NCBI GenBank assembly: GCA_045106895.1
Contig: JBGCFM010000010.1
Span: forward strand, 1 to 64,000
Reading direction: 5' to 3'
DNA length: 64,000 nucleotides
Origin: Polyangiales bacterium
GTDB lineage: Bacteria; Myxococcota_A; Polyangia; Polyangiales; Houyiibacteriaceae
This document shows positions 56,166 to 64,000 of the stretch, in pieces (the first letter of the stretch is position 1; each line of letters opens with the position of its first letter). The translations under genes were made by a program, and so were the position numbers. The notes below the pieces were generated by a model. That model was not told the origin of the DNA, did not search any database, and saw only the letters and a list, made by a program, of their open reading frames with translations.

Positions 56166-58091
56166 TCATTCGATCTTCACAAGGAGGACGCCGGCGTCGA
56201 CGGCGTCGCCGCTTTTCGCCCGAATCTCTTGAACTATTCCGGCTTCGGCTGCGACGAGCACGTGCTCCATTTTCATCGCTTCGACGACGATGAGGGGCGC
56301 GCCGGCCTCCACACTGTCTCCCTCAGATACGTGAACTGTCACGATCGTGCCCGGCATCGGACTCACGACTGTGCCCGCGTCACGCTCCGCACCGGGAGCG
56401 GCGAAACGTGTCTCGCGGGAGATGTGGTGCGACTCGCCAAGCAGCGAGACGAACGCGTCGTCACCGCGCCAGCGCACGCGTGGTGAGAAGCGCCGCCCAT
56501 CAACTTCGACGTCCTCGCCGACGAAGTGTCCGCGATGTTCGCCGTCGTTGATACGAAAGGAAATCGACGAGTCGCGTTCGCCGCGCCAGGAAACAGCAAA
56601 CTCACGCTCCCCAGACGTCCACGTTTCCGTGACCGAATAGCGTGGGTTGTTCGAGAAGCCCAACGAGACGCTTGGTTGCTGAGAGCGCTTGGCAAAGCCG
56701 CGTTCCAGGTCTCGCATCATCGCGACGACTATCGCGAGCGTCTGATGTTGAGCAGGGTGCTGCGGTGCATGCGTGTTGAGAAAGTGTGTGCTGACGCCCC
56801 CGCGGACAAAGCCTTCGCTCTCGAGGACCGAGATCAACAGGTCTCGATTGGTCGTGATGCCAAGAATGGAACATCGTCGTAGCGCCATTCGCAGCCGCGC
56901 GATGGCTTGGTCACGTGTGTCTCCCCGAGCGATTACCTTGGCGAGCATCGGGTCGTAGTGAACGCTGACTTCGCTACCGCTCTCGACGGCGCTGTCTATG
57001 CGAACGCCTTCTTGCGAAGGGAAGTTCCAGTCGAGGACCGTACCCGTCTGCGGCAAGTAGTCAGCGCCTTCGGCGTAGAGTCGAACTTCGACGGACGCTC
57101 CGCGTGGCGTGGGCACAGCTGGTAGCGGACGCCCTTCGGCGAGGCCGAGCTGCCACTCCACAAGATCGATGCCGAGGACGTCTTCGGTGACCGCGTGCTC
57201 GACCTGAAGTCGCGCGTTGACCTCAAGAAAGAAGAAGTCCTCGCCTTGGACGATGAACTCGACGGTTCCCACGTTCGCATAGGACACGGCTCTGCCCACC
57301 TTGACGGCGGCGGCGTGGATGGCGCTGCGGAGCTCGTCGCTCAGACCCGGGGCGGGGCTCTCTTCGACGACCTTCTGATGGCGTCGCTGCACCGAGCAGT
57401 CGCGCTCATAGAGATGAGCGACGTTCCCGTCGGCATCTCCGGCGATTTGAACTTCGACGTGGCGGCCTTCGTCGATGTAACGCTCGAGGATCAGCTCGCT
57501 GTCGCCGAAGGCTTTCTGGGACTCACGACGTGCGCTCTCCAGCGCCGCCTCAAGTTGGTCGGCGCTATCGACGCGCTTCATCCCTTTGCCGCCGCCGCCG
57601 GCGCTCGCTTTGATCAGCAAGGGGTAGCCGATGCGTGTGGCTTCCGCGGCAAACGAGGATGGGTCCGAGCCGTCGTAGCCAGGCACGACCGGGACCCCCG
57701 CCGCCATCATCGCTGCCTTGGCTTCGCGCTTTGCGCCAACAGCCCGCATCGTGTCCGACGAGGGGCCCACGAAAATGAGGCCCGCAGCACGCACGGCTTC
57801 GGCGAACTCGGCATTCTCCGCGAGGAAACCGTAGCCTGGGTGAATTGCGTCGGCGCCGGCGCGTTTCGCCGCGCTCAACACCGCGTCCGTGTTGAGGTAG
57901 CTCTCGCTTGCTGCAGCGGCGCCGATGCGAATCGCCTCGTCGGCATGCCGGACAAAAGGAAGGTCAGCGTCCGCGTCGCTGAACACGGCGACGCTCTCCA
58001 CACCAAGGCGGCGGCAGGTTCGAAAAATACGGCTGGCGATCTCGCCTCGATTGGCGACCAGAACTCGGCGAATCTTCTTTGCGTTAGTCAT
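56166..58091 (-). CDS. Acyl-CoA carboxylase biotin carboxylase/BCCP subunit (MCC/geranyl-CoA carboxylase alpha-like)
   Basis: ANRGEIA, HPGYGFLAEN, GGGGKGM, ERDCSVQRRHQK, EAMKM. Confidence 0.95.
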   Translation of the reverse strand: MTNAKKIRRVLVANRGEIASRIFRTCRRLGVESVAVFSDADADLPFVRHADEAIRIGAAAASESYLNTDAVLSAAKRAGADAIHPGYGFLAENAEFAEAVRAAGLIFVGPSSDTMRAVGAKREAKAAMMAAGVPVVPGYDGSDPSSFAAEATRIGYPLLIKASAGGGGKGMKRVDSADQLEAALESARRESQKAFGDSELILERYIDEGRHVEVQIAGDADGNVAHLYERDCSVQRRHQKVVEESPAPGLSDELRSAIHAAAVKVGRAVSYANVGTVEFIVQGEDFFFLEVNARLQVEHAVTEDVLGIDLVEWQLGLAEGRPLPAVPTPRGASVEVRLYAEGADYLPQTGTVLDWNFPSQEGVRIDSAVESGSEVSVHYDPMLAKVIARGDTRDQAIARLRMALRRCSILGITTNRDLLISVLESEGFVRGGVSTHFLNTHAPQHPAQHQTLAIVVAMMRDLERGFAKRSQQPSVSLGFSNNPRYSVTETWTSGEREFAVSWRGERDSSISFRINDGEHRGHFVGEDVEVDGRRFSPRVRWRGDDAFVSLLGESHHISRETRFAAPGAERDAGTVVSPMPGTIVTVHVSEGDSVEAGAPLIVVEAMKMEHVLVAAEAGIVQEIRAKSGDAVDAGVLLVKIE

Positions 58092-58099
58092 CGGTAGCC

Positions 58100-59725
58100 T
58101 TAGTGGCGGAACACGCCGAAGTTCATGGTTCCTTCAACGGGCGCGTTGTAGCTCGCTGACAGAGAGAGGGCGACGACGCTTCGAGTGTCGCGAGGGTCGA
58201 TAATGCCGTCGTCCCAGAGGCGTGCCGTTGCATAGAGCGCCGTCGATTGGCGATCGATGTTCTGCTCCGTCATCGCCTTCATCACGGTGAGCTTTTGCTC
58301 GTCGACTTCTTGTCCTCGTCGCTCCGCGGAGCCGCGCATCAGGATGTCGAGAACGCCAGCGAGCTGTTTGCCGCCCATCACGGCGATTCGATGGTTCGGC
58401 CAAGAGAACAAGAAGCGTGGTTTGTAGGAGCGGCCCAACATGGCGTAGTTGCCGGCGCCAAAGCTTGAGCCCGTCATGATGGTGATGGCCGGAACGCTCG
58501 AGTTTGAGACGGCGTTGATGAGCTTCGCGCCGTTCTTGATGATGCCCTCTTGTTCGTACTTCTTGCCGACCATGAAGCCGGTGGTGTTCTGCAAGAAGAG
58601 CAGAGGCACCGAACGCTGGTTGCAGAGATGAATGAACTGCGCGCCTTTGTTCGCCGATTCGCTGAAGAGGGTCCCGTTGTTGGCGATGATGCCGACGGGG
58701 AACCCGTGAACATGAGCCCAGCCGCACACGAGGGTGCTGCCGTAGAGAGGCTTGAACTCGCTAAACCGGCTACCATCGACGATGCGCGCGATCACGTCCT
58801 TCGCGTCGAAGGGCGTCCGCATGTCGGCGGAGCCAACACCGAGGAGCTGCTCCACGTCATAAAGCGGCGGCTCCACCAGACGTGGAGTCGGCATATTCTT
58901 TTTCCACTCGAGGTGCGCCACGATCTCTCGTCCGATGCGAATTGCGTCGCGTTCATTTTCCGCGAGGTAGTCCGCGACTCCGCTCACGCGCGAGTGCATC
59001 TCCGCGCCACCCAGAGACTCGTGGTCGGACTCTTCGCCGGTGGCCATCTTCACGAGGGGAGGGCCAGCCAAGTACACCTGCGCTTGCTCCTTCACGAACA
59101 CCGCGTAGTCGGACATGCCAGGCAGGTAGGCGCCGCCGGCGGTGGAGCTGCCGAAGACGAGGCACACCGTGGGTAGTCGTGCGGCGGAGCGCCGCGTGAG
59201 GTTTCGAAAGCCCGCGCCTCCAGGAACGAAGATTCGGTCCTGGTTTGGAAGGTCCGCGCCCGCGCTCTCGATGAGGCTCACGCTGACCATGCCGTTCTCT
59301 TCGGCCACCTGCGAGAGTCGGTCGGACTTCGCCAAGCTCATCGGTGTCACGGCTCCACCTTTGACCGTCGCTTCACTTGCACTGATCACGCACTCGACGC
59401 CGTGCACGACGCCGACGCCGCCGATAACGCTCGTACCGGGCGTCTCACCTTTCATGCCTTGGCCAGCGAGGGGAGCGATCTCTAGAAAAGGAGCGCCCCG
59501 ATCCAAGAGCATCTCGATGCGCTCTCGAGGCAGGAGCTTTCCTTTGCCGCGGTGGCGTGCGTTGTACTTGTCGCCACCTCCATCGTTTGCTTTGGCCTGA
59601 ACTTCGGCGATCTTCGCCAATCGCTCGAGGGCCACTTCGCGGTTGTGCTCGAAGGTGTCCGAGCCGGTGTCGACGTTGGACTGAAGCACGGGATAGGCGT
59701 CGTTCGACGTCGTCATGGAAGGCAC
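58100..59725 (-). CDS. Acyl-CoA carboxylase carboxyltransferase subunit
   Basis: [55 protein letters not shown]. Confidence 0.95.
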   Translation of the reverse strand: MPSMTTSNDAYPVLQSNVDTGSDTFEHNREVALERLAKIAEVQAKANDGGGDKYNARHRGKGKLLPRERIEMLLDRGAPFLEIAPLAGQGMKGETPGTSVIGGVGVVHGVECVISASEATVKGGAVTPMSLAKSDRLSQVAEENGMVSVSLIESAGADLPNQDRIFVPGGAGFRNLTRRSAARLPTVCLVFGSSTAGGAYLPGMSDYAVFVKEQAQVYLAGPPLVKMATGEESDHESLGGAEMHSRVSGVADYLAENERDAIRIGREIVAHLEWKKNMPTPRLVEPPLYDVEQLLGVGSADMRTPFDAKDVIARIVDGSRFSEFKPLYGSTLVCGWAHVHGFPVGIIANNGTLFSESANKGAQFIHLCNQRSVPLLFLQNTTGFMVGKKYEQEGIIKNGAKLINAVSNSSVPAITIMTGSSFGAGNYAMLGRSYKPRFLFSWPNHRIAVMGGKQLAGVLDILMRGSAERRGQEVDEQKLTVMKAMTEQNIDRQSTALYATARLWDDGIIDPRDTRSVVALSLSASYNAPVEGTMNFGVFRH

Positions 59726-59730
59726 GCCCC

Positions 59731-59784
59731 ATGCTCGAATGCCGCCGGCCCAGGGTCAACTCCAAAATGAATGGCCATTCATTT
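59731..59784 (-). promoter_or_regulatory. Sigma70-type promoter (TTGACC-N17-GAGCAT) with 20-bp perfect palindromic operator
   Basis: AAATGAATGGCCATTCATTT at 59765-59784, just upstream of the -35 at 59754-59759. Confidence 0.7.
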
Positions 59785-59800
59785 GCTCGTCGAACGAAAG

Positions 59801-59829
59801 AATCCGCCGTGAAAAGCTCACGGCGGATT
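59801..59829 (-). terminator. Hairpin downstream of the sigma factor gene, probable terminator
   Basis: aatccgccgtga-aaagc-tcacggcggatt 12-bp stem; weak U tract. Confidence 0.6.
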
Positions 59830-59861
59830 CGTTCAAGAACTCGGTAGCTGGTTCTGTACGC

Positions 59862-61196
59862 CTAGGCGACAAAGGCGCGGAGGGAGTCCGCTTGCGACGC
59901 CATGCGAAGCTTTCGAAGCGCGAGGGCTTGAAGCTGTCGAATGCGCTCACGGCTCAGACCAAACTCGCGTCCGATCTCCGCCAACGTGTGCGCTTCTTGG
60001 TCACCGATGCCGAAGCGCATCCGTAGAATTCGCTGCTCACGCTCGCTCAGCGTTTCAAGGGCACCAAGGACGGTCATGGAGAGGTCTTCACTCACCAACG
60101 AATCCATGGGCGACTTCACGCCCTCGTCGGCGATGAGATCACGCAGCTCGCTGGAGCCGTCGCTGCCAACGGGGGTCTCAAGAGAGACCGTGTCGCGCGC
60201 GATGGCCAAGAGAGAGCGAACCTTTTCAACGGGCAGCTTCATCGAAGCGGCGACCTCCGCCGGACTCGCGTCGCGACCGAGTTTTGCAGTGAGCTTGCGG
60301 CTCGCGCCCATCATCTTCGTGAGAAGCTCGTGTGCGTGAACGGGAACACGAATCGTGCGCCCTTGGTCCGTCGCAGCACGCGCCATGGACTGACGAATCC
60401 ACCAGGATGCGTACGTCGAGAGCTTGTAGCCGCGCGTGTAGTCGAACTTATCGATGGCGCGCATCAAACCCATGTTCCCCTCTTGGATGAGGTCCAACAG
60501 AGGCAGTCCACGCTTGAGGTACTTCTTCGCGGTCGACACGACGAGGCGTAGGTTCGCTTCAACCATCTCGGCCTTGGCTCGCTCCACGTCGGCGTCGGCA
60601 CGCTCGATGAGAGCGTGAACTTCCTGCACGCGGTTCGCCCGGCGTCCAGACTCTTTCTCCACGAGGGCTTTGTCGTTCTTCTTTCGTGTCGAGAGCAACT
60701 CGACCCAGCGAACAAGGTCTTCGCGCAACGCGACGAACTCCGACTGAAGGACAGCGTCCTGGGGGCGGAGTTTCGTCTCGGCGACTTTCACCTTCAGCTC
60801 TTCAAGGCGGTCACCCTTGAACTTGGCTGCGACAACGCTCTCCCACATGAGATTGCGTCCAACTTCGATTTGGCGCGCGAGCTCTACCTCACCCTCGCGG
60901 GTCAGAAGGCTCACGGTGCCGATCCAGTCGAGGTACGACTGAATCGTCTCCGTCGCTCCGCGGCTCTTCGTCGGCGCCACGGACGCGGAGCGGCCTCTCT
61001 TTGGCGGTTTGGCCATGAGTGCGATGCCTTCACTCTCGGCGCGTCGAAGAAGACGTTTGAGTGACTTTGCTTGGCACTCACAACGCGCAACAGCGGCGCT
61101 CACCTCATCGAAGGTGAGGAAGCCCTGAGCAGCTCCGCGCTCCAGGAGAGAATCAAGAATATCTTTGCTCGCTGTTGCCAAAGTTCCGCCTTTCAC
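59862..61196 (-). CDS. RpoD/SigA-like sigma70 factor (divergent paralog)
   Basis: Region 1.1-like GFLTFDEV; 1.2 YL..IG..SLLTREGE; ANLRLVVS.AKKY, DLIQEGN.GL, TYASWWIRQ; region 4 SRERIRQ. Confidence 0.92.
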   Translation of the reverse strand: MKGGTLATASKDILDSLLERGAAQGFLTFDEVSAAVARCECQAKSLKRLLRRAESEGIALMAKPPKRGRSASVAPTKSRGATETIQSYLDWIGTVSLLTREGEVELARQIEVGRNLMWESVVAAKFKGDRLEELKVKVAETKLRPQDAVLQSEFVALREDLVRWVELLSTRKKNDKALVEKESGRRANRVQEVHALIERADADVERAKAEMVEANLRLVVSTAKKYLKRGLPLLDLIQEGNMGLMRAIDKFDYTRGYKLSTYASWWIRQSMARAATDQGRTIRVPVHAHELLTKMMGASRKLTAKLGRDASPAEVAASMKLPVEKVRSLLAIARDTVSLETPVGSDGSSELRDLIADEGVKSPMDSLVSEDLSMTVLGALETLSEREQRILRMRFGIGDQEAHTLAEIGREFGLSRERIRQLQALALRKLRMASQADSLRAFVA

Positions 61197-61274
61197 GCTC
61201 GTAGAGTTCGACCGGACCAGTGATCGACCCCTCGGGGCGCCCGAGCCTTGGGCCCGAAGTACACACGGAACTAA

Positions 61275-61291
61275 TGCAAGGACGCGGCCAG
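61275..61291 (-). promoter_or_regulatory. Sigma54 (-24/-12) promoter upstream of the sigma70 gene
   Basis: Minus strand CTGGCCG-CGTCC-TTGCA with correct GG-N10-GC spacing; AT-rich region upstream. Confidence 0.65.
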
Positions 61292-61463
61292 TTCTTTCAC
61301 GGCGCGAAAATTCGATGATCTGTGCGTAAAATCAGCACATTCATAAAACCTACATATCCCCACACCGGAATACTCGCTCTGTGCGATTTTTCACTAAGTC
61401 ACTGAATATATTGATGAAACAACATACTCACAACTGTGACTGAAAGTCCGTTCACTATGATCG

Positions 61464-62570
61464 TTATGTCGCAGCCATGCAGCCAGTGCGAGCCATGGCA
61501 CGAAGGAGCCCGATCATGGCCTCGCCTTCCTCTTGAGCCCGAGGAAGGAGGTCTTTGAGCGTCGATTTGCCCGTGTGGGCGTACGTTCCAGTAATGAAGG
61601 TCTCTGCGTTAGGGATCATAGCAGCCAATTTTTCGGCGTGCTCGACTGGAATGACATCATCTTCGCGTCCGTGGGCCACAACGGCCTGAACTTCGATCTT
61701 TTTGGCCCAAACGGAGGGGTTCAAATGGTCGAAAGCCCCGTTTGATTTCTCCAAGAGCTCCCACACGCGCTCTTCGCCGCCCTCTTCAAGACCCGTCGCC
61801 TGCAGAAAGAAACGTTTCGAGGCGGCGTCCGGCAAGGCGTCGGCGAGGCGAAGAGCGCTGGGTCGCAGAGCGCCGGGCACCTTCATCTCCGCTTTGCCCC
61901 AAGTGAGGCGCACCTGCTCGAAGATGGCATGCCGCACCGCCTCTCGGTTCACGTCATGAAGGAGGGGGAGCATATTGTTGAAGACCACGGGCCGGTTGAG
62001 CGGATCGTAGGGGCGGCCTTCGACACCATCCAAGGTGTTGCCCGTGAGGCTGAATCGCACGGCGTCGGTCCAGTCGGCGTAGCCGCCGAAGAGCATCAAC
62101 GCGCCGATGTCGCGGGAGGCTGCCACGCGTAACGCAGGAAGAGAGCCGAAAGAGATGGAGAACACTCCCGGCGAGATACGTGCTGGCAACTCTGGGTGAG
62201 CGCAGAGCGCATCGTAGGCACAGAGGGCGTCGGTTCCGAGGGTCTCAGCGACGCGTAGCTCGCCGAAGTCTGGCAAGAACGGACAAAGGACAAGGATGCG
62301 CGCCGACGCGAGCACGCGACAGAAGCGGTCGAGTCGTGGGTCGGCGGGTCCCAGGTAGTGGAGTCCAGGCACGACGAGCATCGCGCCTTCGAGGGGGGCC
62401 GTCCCGCGATATGTCCAGGCGCGAATGCGCCGGCCGCTCTCGGATGGAAGCGTCGTTTCGCGCCGGCGAATTCCAGGCGGCACGTCTTCGTCGGGTGTCC
62501 AGGGACCGAGCCAACGCCCCAAAGCCGCTATGCGTCGCCCTTGCGCCAGTGCACGCATATCGAAGATCAT
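61464..62570 (-). CDS. Alpha/beta-hydrolase-fold protein
   Basis: FSISFG nucleophile elbow, HGREDDVIP, YAH. Confidence 0.75.
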   Translation of the reverse strand: MIFDMRALAQGRRIAALGRWLGPWTPDEDVPPGIRRRETTLPSESGRRIRAWTYRGTAPLEGAMLVVPGLHYLGPADPRLDRFCRVLASARILVLCPFLPDFGELRVAETLGTDALCAYDALCAHPELPARISPGVFSISFGSLPALRVAASRDIGALMLFGGYADWTDAVRFSLTGNTLDGVEGRPYDPLNRPVVFNNMLPLLHDVNREAVRHAIFEQVRLTWGKAEMKVPGALRPSALRLADALPDAASKRFFLQATGLEEGGEERVWELLEKSNGAFDHLNPSVWAKKIEVQAVVAHGREDDVIPVEHAEKLAAMIPNAETFITGTYAHTGKSTLKDLLPRAQEEGEAMIGLLRAMARTGCMAAT

Positions 62571-62625
62571 GGCGTGAGCTTAGCAGGTTGGTGAAAAACT
62601 CGGCATGCCGAGTTAGGGTTGCGGC

Positions 62626-64000
62626 ATGTCTATCGCCGGCGACTACTCTTCCTACGATGCTCTCGGTCTTGCGGAGCTCATTCGAAAAGGCGACGCGAGC
62701 GCTTCGGAGCTCGTCGAGTGTGCCATCGCGCGCGCCGAGGAGGTGAACCCCCAGATCAACGCGATCGTTCAGCCCCTCTACGCGAGAGCACGGGATCGAG
62801 CCAAGCAAGAGCTCAACGGGCCATTCGCGGGCGTTCCGTTTCTCCTCAAAGACCTCATTCAGACCATCGCCGGCGTTGAGACCGGCAGCGGCACGGACTT
62901 CTACAACGGATACGTGCCAAAGGAAGACTCCGAGCTCTTCCGCCGCTACGAGGAAGCCGGACTGAACACACTCGGCAAGACGAACGTCCCCGAGTTCGGG
63001 CTGCTCCCTGTGACGGAGCCCAAATGCGGAAAGCCCACGCGCAACCCGTGGGACGTGAGTCGAACGTGCGGCGGGAGCTCGGGTGGCGCGGCATCCGCCG
63101 TGGCGGCGGGCATCGTGCCGATGGCGCACGGTGGCGATGGGGGCGGGTCGATTCGAATCCCTGCGGCTTGCGCGGGCCTCTTTGGCCTCAAACCGACTCG
63201 AGGCCGAACTCCCGTCGGTCCCTACTCCGAGCATTGGTGTGGTTTTGCCATCGAACACGTGCTTACGCGCAGCGTCCGCGACAGTGCAGCGGCACTAGAC
63301 GCCGTCGACGGCGTGGAAGCGCATGTTCCGTATCACCCGCCGATGAAGCATGGTCTCTACTTGGATGCCGTGAGCGAGGACCCGGGGCCCCTTCGCATCG
63401 CCTTCAGCACCGAACCTTCGATGCCTTCAGATGTGCACCCTGACTGCGAGGCAGCGGTGCATGACGCGGTCAAGCTCCTCGAAGACCTCGGCCATCGCGT
63501 GGATGAAGTACGCCCCGAGTTCGACGCACGACAGCTTGCGCGCTGGTTTGTGATCATCGTGGGGGCGAACACCGCTGCATCTCTTCGCGAGGCCGAAGCG
63601 CTGATGGGCAAGAAGATCACACACCAAGACTTCGAGACCACGACGATGTTGAGCGCGATGATGGGCGACGCCTTCAAGGCGTCTGAGGTGATGGAAGCGA
63701 TCCGCGGACTCCAAGGCGAGACGCGTCGTTACACGGAGCGTATGGAACGCTACGACGTGGTGCTCTCGCCGACGCTTGGGCAGCCGCCGCTTCGCATTGG
63801 CGAGCTGGAGCCGCCGCTTCTCGAACGAAAAGCCCAGGAGATGATCGTTCGAACGGGCGCCAGCCGGTTGCTCCGGTCCGACGCTTTGATGGAGCAGACC
63901 ATCGACCGTGTGTTCCAGTTTACGGCGTTCACGCCTCACGCGAACTTTACGGGGCAGCCTTCGATGAACGTCCCGCTCTTCTGGAACCAGGCGGGTCTTC
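62626..64000 (+). CDS. Amidase signature family protein, runs off the window (absent from ORF track)
   Basis: Read manually from ATG 62626: [49 protein letters not shown]. Confidence 0.92.
   Translation, partial: MSIAGDYSSYDALGLAELIRKGDASASELVECAIARAEEVNPQINAIVQPLYARARDRAKQELNGPFAGVPFLLKDLIQTIAGVETGSGTDFYNGYVPKEDSELFRRYEEAGLNTLGKTNVPEFGLLPVTEPKCGKPTRNPWDVSRTCGGSSGGAASAVAAGIVPMAHGGDGGGSIRIPAACAGLFGLKPTRGRTPVGPYSEHWCGFAIEHVLTRSVRDSAAALDAVDGVEAHVPYHPPMKHGLYLDAVSEDPGPLRIAFSTEPSMPSDVHPDCEAAVHDAVKLLEDLGHRVDEVRPEFDARQLARWFVIIVGANTAASLREAEALMGKKITHQDFETTTMLSAMMGDAFKASEVMEAIRGLQGETRRYTERMERYDVVLSPTLGQPPLRIGELEPPLLERKAQEMIVRTGASRLLRSDALMEQTIDRVFQFTAFTPHANFTGQPSMNVPLFWNQAGL

Noticed and set aside
623..60026. 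Long antisense or alternate-frame ORFs (e.g. 623..1417, 7393..8445, 15886..17352, 31521..32942, 37730..38647, 43440..44759, 48617..50128, 57195..58097)
   Set aside because: Shadow ORFs of well-supported genes, expected in high-GC DNA; no motifs of their own.
1..64000. tRNA/rRNA, prophage, transposase or known anti-phage defence genes
   Set aside because: No recognisable sequence or motifs; kinases, TerB and the caspase-like protein lack defence-type partners here.

Overview
GC-rich bacterial chromosomal DNA. The content (four MYXO-CTERM surface proteins, five Hanks-type kinase genes, an FHA-sigma54 activator, DAG-rich linkers) points to Myxococcota, probably Polyangiales/Sandaracinaceae-like; this is inference. 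There are about 57 densely packed CDS and no rRNA, tRNA, CRISPR array or transposase that I can recognise. Most interesting: (1) three tandem paralogous Pro/Glu-rich lipoproteins (2461-3837) with a near-identical 24-aa leader, recurrent PxxN motifs and a private conserved promoter each, directly upstream of a peptide-exporter-type ABC transporter, a candidate RiPP-like system; (2) a translationally coupled four-gene operon containing a bacterial METTL9/DREV-like methyltransferase; (3) a window-wide signature of leaderless mRNAs; (4) a kinase/cyclase/FHA-sigma54 signalling cluster plus two sigma54 promoters, one in front of a divergent RpoD-like sigma factor; (5) small non-coding elements (19-bp palindromic direct repeat, CTAG-bounded MITE-like element, perfect 20-bp operator). 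All family calls come from reading motifs by eye, not from database searches.
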